From assembly GCA_039680575.1 (NCBI GenBank), contig JBDKSP010000020.1:9238-73237 (forward strand): a DNA stretch of 64,000 bases. Reading direction: 5' to 3'. The translations under genes and the position numbers were made by a program. A model generated the notes under the pieces. It did not search any database. It saw only the letters and a program-made list of their open reading frames with translations, and was not told where the DNA came from. This DNA is from Armatimonadota bacterium (lineage in GTDB: Bacteria > Armatimonadota > UBA5829 > DTLH01). Each line of letters begins with the position of its first letter. The stretch's first letter is position 1. Below, in pieces: positions 40,949 through 48,507 of the stretch.

Positions 40949-42862
40949 AAGTCTTTTGTCACCATCTCTTCTAGTGAGACAGGCGCTGTCGAAATATTCC
41001 AGAAGCGCGATTGCGTATTTCCGCGAAACCGAGAGAATGTCGCGCAGTTCGGCGGCAGTTATCCCGCCATTCGACTTGATGTATTCGACGACGGATATTT
41101 TGGCCTTCTCGAAGGTGTCTCTGTGATATGTGACCTTGTCGCTCAAGCGTATGAGCTGTCCCTGGTCGATAAGGCTTGTCATGATGTTCTTGAACACCTT
41201 TGGCGAAAGCCGCAGTTCATCCATCACATCGTCTTCGAGCGGAGTTGAGTAACCTGCCGAGAGAAATATAGACTCAATCCTCTCTGCAGCCTTCTGTTCC
41301 GCATCGGAGAGGCTCGACTCACGGTCTGCGAGTCCGAATTTATTGTCTCTTCTTACAAAAATCTTCTTCCTGTCAAGTTCCGAGGTGATTGCATCGAAGA
41401 CCTGCCGGTCAGCGAGTTTCAGGAACCTGGATTGCAGGTCTGCAGCAGGCATCATTGTTTTGTAAGCGTCTTTCGAGTAATAGTCCTTGATAATATTGAT
41501 CAGTTTTGCCGCAAGTTCATCGAACCTGTCTCTGTGAAGATACTTCTCTTGAGCGCCAGAAGTAACAGAGACGAGTTTTTCAACGCTGACAAGCGATTTT
41601 ATGACGTCGCCAACCGCTGCCTCACGTTCACCAATGGAAAAAGCGATCTCTGAGGCATTCTTTGGCACGAACCTGGACTTAAAAAAGGCATGGTCGACTA
41701 CATCGGAGATGCAACCTTCGAGTTTCTTCAGCCCCTTGATTGCCGCTTCATCGAAACGCTTATGATGCATGGGCTGTGAGTCGAGGATTGTCCCTCCGCC
41801 GATGGTTTCCTGCGAAGAGAACGACCGTATGACAAACCTGTCTTTTGGCAGCGCGGCGGTCGGTGACTCCAGCACGAGCTGAGCATAGCCGGTTTCATCC
41901 GGTACAAGAGTTTCTGTGTCCAGAAGCACTGCCCGGCACATCACCTCGTCTGTCCCGACGTGCAGTCTGACACGTGTGCGGTTTTTCAGTTCGTCATTGT
42001 AGCTCTGAGATACGAAAAGCCGGACATCGAGAAGCGCAGTAGGGGAGAGCGAGCCGGGAGCGCAGGCGACCTGCCCTCGCCTTAGTTGATCCTTCTTCAC
42101 ATCCTGAAGGCTGATAGCCGTTCTTCTTCCGAGATACGACCTTTCCCTGCTCTCATTGTGGATCTGTATTCCACGGACCCGTGCAGTTAGTCCATCCGGC
42201 ATTATCTCCAGCTTGTCGCCGATATTTACTTCACCGGAGAGGACTGTTCCAGCGATGACTGCACCGAAGCCCTGCAGCGCGAAAACACGGTCTACAGGCA
42301 TTCTGAATATCCCGCTGTCCCGGCGTTTTTTGGTCTTCCCGGCGACGGAAATGAGCGCGGACCGCACTTCATCGACTCCCACTCCGGTAATTGCAGAAAC
42401 AGGGATAATCGGCTGGCCTTCGAGGAATGTCCCAGCGACGAGGCTTTCTATTTCAGATTTGACGAGGCGAATATGCTCATCATCCACGAGATCGGCCTTC
42501 GTAATTGCAATTATTCCGGTTTCGACTCCCAGAATTCGCAGAATATCGAAGTGTTCGCGCGTCTGGACATTGATTCCCTCATCAGCAGCGACTACCAGGA
42601 GCGCGGCGTTTATGTTGCTCGCACCCGCGACCATTGTCTTGATGAGCTTTTCATGCCCGGGGACATCTATAAAGACGATCTGCCGGTCGAACCCAGGTGT
42701 TTGCATGAAGGCAAAGCCGAGCTCGATTGTGATTCCACGCTTTTTCTCTTCTGTAAGCGTATCACAATCGATTCCCGTGAGAGCCCTGACCAAAGCTGTC
42801 TTCCCGTGGTCTATATGCCCGGCAGTCCCGATTATTGTTTGTTCAATCTCATCTGATTTCAT
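40928..42862 (-). CDS. selB: Selenocysteine-specific elongation factor
   Basis: GTAGHIDHGKT, RGITIELGF, DVPGHE, C-terminal winged helix SRKYAIALLEYFD. Confidence 0.96.
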   Translation of the reverse strand: MKSDEIEQTIIGTAGHIDHGKTALVRALTGIDCDTLTEEKKRGITIELGFAFMQTPGFDRQIVFIDVPGHEKLIKTMVAGASNINAALLVVAADEGINVQTREHFDILRILGVETGIIAITKADLVDDEHIRLVKSEIESLVAGTFLEGQPIIPVSAITGVGVDEVRSALISVAGKTKKRRDSGIFRMPVDRVFALQGFGAVIAGTVLSGEVNIGDKLEIMPDGLTARVRGIQIHNESRERSYLGRRTAISLQDVKKDQLRRGQVACAPGSLSPTALLDVRLFVSQSYNDELKNRTRVRLHVGTDEVMCRAVLLDTETLVPDETGYAQLVLESPTAALPKDRFVIRSFSSQETIGGGTILDSQPMHHKRFDEAAIKGLKKLEGCISDVVDHAFFKSRFVPKNASEIAFSIGEREAAVGDVIKSLVSVEKLVSVTSGAQEKYLHRDRFDELAAKLINIIKDYYSKDAYKTMMPAADLQSRFLKLADRQVFDAITSELDRKKIFVRRDNKFGLADRESSLSDAEQKAAERIESIFLSAGYSTPLEDDVMDELRLSPKVFKNIMTSLIDQGQLIRLSDKVTYHRDTFEKAKISVVEYIKSNGGITAAELRDILSVSRKYAIALLEYFDSACLTRRDGDKRLLIDFRR

Positions 42863-42918
42863 GTTTTTATCTATCACGAAAGCACGAAAGGGAGAAAGGA
42901 AGAAAGAACCAGTGGATG

Positions 42919-43180
42919 TCGTGCTTCGGGATGTTATCACGAAGCATATGAGATTCCTCCTACCCTATCCCTCGGGCAGTATTTGAAATACTGCCCGGGC
43001 TGGCCAAAGAGGGATCTGTGATCCCGATCAATCAACTATAATCAATCTCCCGACATCAGAGATGCCTCGTTTGCCTTTCCGGGAGGAATTGCAAATCCCT
43101 CCCGAGTTGGTTGCAGACCGGCCACTACTTCTATTTCCTGATTTCTTATGCTTCGAGATTTTTTCATCCCGAAGCACGAG
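42919..43180. repeat. Composite repeat: family B palindromes flanking a family C hairpin doublet
   Basis: B at about 42920-42956 and 43148-43179; C 42971-43106 is the reverse complement of 53420-53562. Confidence 0.85.
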
Positions 43181-43219
43181 TCTCCACCAAACCCGTTCCT
43201 AAATCCTGAATCCTAACTC

Positions 43220-44812
43220 CTAAATCCTATTCATAACCGACTCATAAAACATCCTGACAGGTGCGCCGCCGAAAGAGATTGCCATCCATACTGCTTCATT
43301 GATCTCCTCCTCGCTGATCCCCATAGCCCGCGCTTTCTCGATGTGGATTTTGATGCATGGCTCACATTTAGATAGAACAGAAAGCGAGATCGCCATAAGC
43401 TCCTTCGTTCGGAGCGAAATGGCGCCGGATGCGTTAACGGCACGCATAAAGTCACCGAACTTCTCTTCTGCTGCGGATTGCACAGCTGTTTTCGTCTCGG
43501 TTGGCGCGGCGCAGCAGTCTGCACTCGTTGGCGAGCAGCAGCAAGCTCCGTCATTTGGTTCAGACATGTTGGTAATCTCCTTCCTCACCGGGGTGTATGC
43601 CTTGACGCTGGTTCTCAAGAAGATTCTACCTTCAGATTTTGAAACGACTTTTCCTATAACTACCGCGTGGCTCACACCTCTCGACCTGAGCTTTTCGACC
43701 AGTGCGTCGGCTTTTACCTCAGGGATAGCTATCAAAAGCCCTCCTGATGTCTGTGGGTCGTACAGGACATGGACTATCTCTTCCGGCACATCGTTCGACA
43801 CGGATACACGGCTGGAGGCATATTCGCTGTTCCTTTCGATACCGCCGGAGATGTATCCCTGTGCAACATAGTCCAAGATTTCATCGAAAACCGGCACCAG
43901 ATCCGTATATATTTCTGCTGTTACGCCGCTCTGCGATGCCATCTCGCCGAGGTGTCCGAGCAGCCCGAACCCCGTTACATCCGTAGCTGTCGTGACTCCC
44001 ATCTCGATCATAACCTCGGCTGCAGTCTTATTCAGCTCGGTCATGGAATTCGCTGCAGCGGCGAGCGCAGCGCCGGATGCTTTCCCCATCTGGCCGGCAA
44101 AGCTGATGATCCCGACTCCGAGCGGTTTTGTAAGCACCAATGCGTCGCCTGGCTGCGCCTTATCGTTTGTAACGATTTTGGACGGATTGACCATCCCCGT
44201 GACGGCATAACCGAACTTCGGGTCTTTGTCGTTGACGCTGTGTCCGCCTATGATTGCGACTCCAGCCTCTCGCATTTTATCCATTCCGCCGCGCAGCATT
44301 CGGGACATTATCTCGTGGCTCAGGGTCTCGATGGGAAAACCGATTATAGAAAGCGCGGTCATCGGCTTTCCGCCCATCGCATAGACATCGCTGAGTGAGT
44401 TTGCGGCGGCTATCTGCCCGAAAGTGTAGGGATCGTCGACACTCGGTGTAAAGACATCCACTGTCTGAACGAGCGCGGTCTCATCATCGATTCTATAGAC
44501 ACCAGCATCGTCGCACGTATTCGTCCCGACAAGAACGCGGGGGTCCGACACTTCCGGGAGCCCTGAAAGCACCTTTTTAAGGTCATTCTGGTTGATTTTG
44601 GAAGCGCAGCCCGCCTTCTCGACGAGTGTTGTGAGGTTAACAGCGTCAACTGTCTGATCCGGCCGTTCTCCGGCGCATGGACAGATACCCTTATTTCTAA
44701 AAGTGTCGCAAGGGCAGCCCTGTTTAGGGTTACAGATGCAGTGACCGAGCTTTATGGACCGCTGCATAACGCGGCGTCTTTTTTCGATGTCTATTTTCAT
44801 ATCATTACTCAT
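43220..44812 (-). CDS. selD: Selenophosphate synthetase with Cys-rich N-terminal domain and C-terminal AhpD/CMD domain
   Basis: AGCASK, DDAGVY, QTVDVF, AANSLSDVYAMGG, GGHS, TDVTGFGLLGH, DPQTSGGLL; C-terminal KELMAISLS...CEPC. Confidence 0.93.
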   Translation of the reverse strand: MSNDMKIDIEKRRRVMQRSIKLGHCICNPKQGCPCDTFRNKGICPCAGERPDQTVDAVNLTTLVEKAGCASKINQNDLKKVLSGLPEVSDPRVLVGTNTCDDAGVYRIDDETALVQTVDVFTPSVDDPYTFGQIAAANSLSDVYAMGGKPMTALSIIGFPIETLSHEIMSRMLRGGMDKMREAGVAIIGGHSVNDKDPKFGYAVTGMVNPSKIVTNDKAQPGDALVLTKPLGVGIISFAGQMGKASGAALAAAANSMTELNKTAAEVMIEMGVTTATDVTGFGLLGHLGEMASQSGVTAEIYTDLVPVFDEILDYVAQGYISGGIERNSEYASSRVSVSNDVPEEIVHVLYDPQTSGGLLIAIPEVKADALVEKLRSRGVSHAVVIGKVVSKSEGRIFLRTSVKAYTPVRKEITNMSEPNDGACCCSPTSADCCAAPTETKTAVQSAAEEKFGDFMRAVNASGAISLRTKELMAISLSVLSKCEPCIKIHIEKARAMGISEEEINEAVWMAISFGGAPVRMFYESVMNRI

Positions 44813-44826
44813 TTATTAAAAATCAT

Positions 44827-44940
44827 AAGAGCTCTGAGTTGACGAACACTACGTCATGCTGAGCTTGACTCAGCATCCAGGAGGAAAATGGACCCTGAAT
44901 CAAGTTCAGGGTGACGTCTTTGTTGTTCAGGTTGGTGTGT
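44827..44940 (+). repeat. Family A repeat copy 3 (internal deletion), between selA and selD
   Basis: gtcatgctgagcttgactcagcatccaggaggaaaatggaccctgaatcaagttcagggtgacg. Confidence 0.9.
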
Positions 44941-44948
44941 AATTTTCA

Positions 44949-46349
44949 CTAGGAATGAACCTTTTTATTAAGAATCGCACGGAGCGCGTTTGCTACGACG
45001 CTGTCTTCGTCCGGCTGGATAGTCCTGAAATCGAATAACACAGACTCATGGTGTATACGCGCGAATATCGGAGTGTCGTTGTATCTGAGTTTTTTTGCGA
45101 GCAAGTCGGCAGACATGCTCTCAGGTTTTATGCTGAGAATCTTCGTAGGCATAGTCTCGGCAGGGACGGACCCGCTCCCGACCTGTGATCTGCCATCTAT
45201 TACGGATACCTCGGCTGATATGTCTCCAAGTTTGGCTGCAACGGTCAGCGCCCGTCTTTCAAGAACATCCAGCGGGATAGACAGCATTCTGTAAGTCGGA
45301 TGCCGCTCCTCCAGCCTGCCGGGTTCGAGGAACAGCTTGAGCGTAGCCTCCAGCGCCGCGACTTCCATCTTTCCTACTCTGAGAGCCCTCGCGAGCGGGT
45401 TTTTCTTGATCTTTTTGATGGTATTTTCCTTGCCGACAATAATCCCGGACTGCGGGCCGCCGATCAACTTGTCTCCGCTGAAGCAGATTGCGTCGCATCC
45501 CGCCTTTACACTTGCCTGCACCATCGGCTCAGGCTCGAGCCCGTAATTGGCGAGGTCGATTAAGGCACCGCTCCCCAGGTCGTCGATAATCGGGATGCCA
45601 TGTTCCTTCGCAATGGGCGCCATCTCTTCAATAGCAGGCTCTGCTGTGAACCCGACAATCCTGTAGTTGCTCTGATGAACATGCAGGATGGCTCCGGTGT
45701 TCTCGTTTATAGCAGAAGCATAGTCCCGAAGGTGGGTTTTGTTCGTAGTTCCGACTTCGCGCATGATCGCGCCGCTCGCCGCCATCACATCAGGCATCCG
45801 AAACGCGCCGCCGATCTCCACCAACTGTCCTCTGGAGACGATTACTTCCTTACCGGCTGCAATTGTGTTGAGAATCAGCATTGTGGCGGCTGCGTTGTTA
45901 TTTACAATGGTAGCAGCCTCAGCCCCGGTGAGTTCGCGGAGCAGTCCGGTTACATGGACATCCCGGCTGTCTCTTTGCCCTGTCTCAATACTTGTCGCAA
46001 GTGTGCAGTAGCCTTTTATAACATCACTTACCGCTTGAGCAGCCGCCTCCGAAAGCATTGCTCTGCCTAAGCCAGTATGAAGGATAATCCCTGCTGCGTT
46101 TACTGCATGCCGGATAGACGGTCTGAACCTGGCATCGATGTATTCCAGAACCATCAAACCTATATTCTCAGCCGATAGGTCCATCTCCGGCTTGTCTTCA
46201 GTGATGATCCGGCTGCGCAGCGTGTCCACGACTTTCCGGCATGAGTCGGCGAGAAATTCGCGGTCATGCTTATCTAGAGCAATCTTCAGCGCTTCCGTAT
46301 TCATCAATTCATCTATAGCAGGCAGTTTCCGCAGGATGTCTTTCTTCAT
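44949..46349 (-). CDS. selA: L-seryl-tRNA(Sec) selenium transferase
   Basis: LHTGLGRA, VNNNAAA, SRGQLVEIGG, FSGDKLIGGPQSG. Confidence 0.97.
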   Translation of the reverse strand: MKKDILRKLPAIDELMNTEALKIALDKHDREFLADSCRKVVDTLRSRIITEDKPEMDLSAENIGLMVLEYIDARFRPSIRHAVNAAGIILHTGLGRAMLSEAAAQAVSDVIKGYCTLATSIETGQRDSRDVHVTGLLRELTGAEAATIVNNNAAATMLILNTIAAGKEVIVSRGQLVEIGGAFRMPDVMAASGAIMREVGTTNKTHLRDYASAINENTGAILHVHQSNYRIVGFTAEPAIEEMAPIAKEHGIPIIDDLGSGALIDLANYGLEPEPMVQASVKAGCDAICFSGDKLIGGPQSGIIVGKENTIKKIKKNPLARALRVGKMEVAALEATLKLFLEPGRLEERHPTYRMLSIPLDVLERRALTVAAKLGDISAEVSVIDGRSQVGSGSVPAETMPTKILSIKPESMSADLLAKKLRYNDTPIFARIHHESVLFDFRTIQPDEDSVVANALRAILNKKVHS

Positions 46350-46384
46350 TGAATGTCCCTCAGGCTATCTCAAAATTTAAAATA

Positions 46385-46422
46385 TAAAAATGGGGGCTGA
46401 CGTTTCACGTCAACCCCCATAT
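46385..46422 (-). terminator. Intrinsic terminator after the extended selenoprotein ORF
   Basis: Minus strand atgggggttgacgt-gaa-acgtcagcccccat-tttt. Confidence 0.8.
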
Positions 46423-46459
46423 AATACTGAATTCAGCCCGAAATAGTTGTGATAACTCA

Positions 46460-47173
46460 CTATCTTGTCCAGATAGTATCCTTAATCTTTACCTTGAATG
46501 GGCCGGTTTTAAGTACAGGTCGAACTGTGACACGTCCTTTTACATTTGATGGTATTCCCCCGGAATACTCACATGTGCCGCCTCACCCATACTTGAACGA
46601 CCCACTCCAGACCACTTTGCCCGAGCTGTTTATGACTTGGAAGCGTGGAGGATCGGTTTCTCCATCAGATTTTTTGATTACACATTTGTTGTTGCCCTGA
46701 GCAGTAACTACGTTGAGGTCCATATTTGCCTTGTCGCCGTGCTTGGTGACTTTTATGGACGCGATGAAAGGCGGGCCAAAATTAAGTTTCTGAGTCTTAT
46801 TCGCCGAGACATCGATCTTGCGCGTATTACCAGGCGATATAGATGCGGTCCATTCCACCTTGTTCTTGTCCTTAGCTATCACGTCGCAGTTCCAGACCTC
46901 ATGGCTTCCGACGGGCAAAAGCAGTACACCATTAGTTGTAGAGTATTCGGTGATTTTCCTGCCTGAGTTGCTGAACATCGTAAGGACAGCGTTCCCATGG
47001 TAAAGGAGAGTCACTTTTCCCATCTTACCTTTGTACGTTTTGGGGTCAAAGCGACTGAATCCCAGCGTACCGCTGTTGGCTGGATAGGTGGTTATACCAA
47101 TTACCACCAACGCGCACACACCAGCTATAACTGATGCCATGAATTTTCTGGAGCATTTTGGAATTGTGGTCAT
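46460..47173 (-). CDS. Putative exported selenoprotein with U-G-G-T-C motif (TGA at 46585-46583 read as Sec), 237 aa
   Basis: Frame continues past TGA: FKYG-U-GGTCEYSGGIPSNVKGRVTVRPVLKTGPFKVKIKDTIWTR-TAG; SECIS-like hairpin; adjacent to selA. Confidence 0.8.
46542..46576 (-). promoter_or_regulatory. SECIS-like hairpin
   Basis: ACAU-G-UGA-GUAUUCC-GGG-GGAAUAC-CA-UCA-A-AUGU; G-rich apex 21 nt after the UGA. Confidence 0.7.
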
Positions 47174-47247
47174 TCTTCTTTTCTCACCTCCTTTCGCAGT
47201 AGCATTAATGAGTCTCAGGTATTAACCGAAACGCTATAGGCGGGATT

Positions 47248-48033
47248 CTACTTGGAGCCAAGTTTTAAATGGCCGATTGGTGTGCAGTCCAGGCACCTGA
47301 TGCATTCGGTGCTGTTGATGTCTTCAACCGGATCTATATCGACCGGGCATTTTTTCGCGCATGCGCCGCAGTGGGTGCACTTGTTCATCGCAAGACGCAT
47401 CCTGAAAAGGGATATTCTGTTGAAAAGCGAGAATATTGCGCCGAGCGGGCAGAACATCCTGCAGAAACCGCGGGTTACGAGTATCGTAAAGATAAAGAAG
47501 GCAGCCAGAATGGAAACCCTTACGTAAAACATAAAGTTTATAGGAGTAGTCGAGTGCAAAAACAGCCGGCGAGGAAGAGCTGATTCCAGTGTCCCGGATG
47601 GGCAGAAATTACAGAATGAGTATGGTGCGCCTGGAAAGAAAAACGGCACGGCAAATACCAGCCCGACCAGGACCAGATACTTTGTAAACCTGAGCGGCCG
47701 GGGTATCGAGAACTTCTTAACAGGAATTTTCGATAATAAGTCCTGCAGCAGCCCAAATGGGCAGACCCATCCGCAGACCAGCCTGCCAAAGAAAGAACCG
47801 ATCAGTCCGAGTATCCCTAAAGTGACGAACGGGATGATCCTGAGTGTCGAAAAGTTTACGAGCACGCCGATAGGGCAGGCAAACATAGATAGCGGGCACG
47901 AATGGCAGTAAAGCGCCGGACCGCACATGGTCTTCAGATCAAAAAAAGGAAGACCCAGGATAACGAGCGCGATAAGCTGGCTCAGATAGCGTAATCTTGC
48001 TAGTTGTTTAGTTCTTTTGATTATGGACCCCAT
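47248..48033 (-). CDS. Membrane 4Fe-4S binding protein (NapH/MauN/YccM-like)
   Basis: CHSCP, CGWVCPFG, CNFCP, CRMFCPLG, CTHCGACAKKCP, CIRCLDC. Confidence 0.9.
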   Translation of the reverse strand: MGSIIKRTKQLARLRYLSQLIALVILGLPFFDLKTMCGPALYCHSCPLSMFACPIGVLVNFSTLRIIPFVTLGILGLIGSFFGRLVCGWVCPFGLLQDLLSKIPVKKFSIPRPLRFTKYLVLVGLVFAVPFFFPGAPYSFCNFCPSGTLESALPRRLFLHSTTPINFMFYVRVSILAAFFIFTILVTRGFCRMFCPLGAIFSLFNRISLFRMRLAMNKCTHCGACAKKCPVDIDPVEDINSTECIRCLDCTPIGHLKLGSK

Positions 48034-48039
48034 AATCAA
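48017..48039 (-). promoter_or_regulatory. SECIS-like hairpin overlapping the downstream start codon
   Basis: UUGAUUAUGG-GGU-CCAUAAUCAA perfect 10 bp stem starting 15 nt after the UGA at 48057-48055. Confidence 0.7.
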
Positions 48040-48048
48040 TCCTCTCTA

Positions 48049-48339
48049 TTACAGTCAAGTAGGGCATGCTTTTCCGCCGGACTTGGACTTTCCGGCCTTT
48101 TGCTTATTTGGGGATATACTCGGTTTTTCGGCAGGAGCTTCCAGTTTTCCGTCTTTACCTCGGATAACGTCATGGGTCAGGCTGAGTTCCGTTACGGAGA
48201 GCTCAGTTTTTGAGGATTTACTCACCTCATGTTTAACAAAAAGGGTGGAATATAAGACAAACCCAGCGAAGACAATCGCTAGGACGATAAGGAGCAAAGG
48301 GCGCGCGCTTCGATATTCATCTGTACTCTGTATGGACAT
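48049..48339 (-). CDS. Small membrane-anchored putative selenoprotein ending in C-P-T-U-L (CxxU), 96 aa
   Basis: TGC CCT ACT TGA CTG TAA TAG; one TM helix; SECIS-like hairpin; selA, selD and selB nearby. Confidence 0.8.
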
Positions 48340-48507
48340 ATCTAACACCTTTTACAAAATACTGCAGTTCTTCAAGGTGAAAACGAGATCTATTTAATAC
48401 AGAAAGTTTATTCCAACAAAGAGCGGATGTCAAATTAAAATACGGCATAAACCCCGTACATCTTCTTTGATCGTTAATTTGACAGCAGGGTGCTGCGGGG
48501 ATAGAAT

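Noticed and set aside
42863..42940. N-terminal extension of SelB in the ORF track
   Set aside because: Lies in repeat DNA; the GTPase domain starts right after the ATG at 42862
40928..48500. tRNA-Sec (selC) expected near selAB
   Set aside because: No tRNA-like sequence with a TCA anticodon seen in the spacers; the only tRNA found is Ser(GCT) at 7906-7999, so selC is presumably elsewhere
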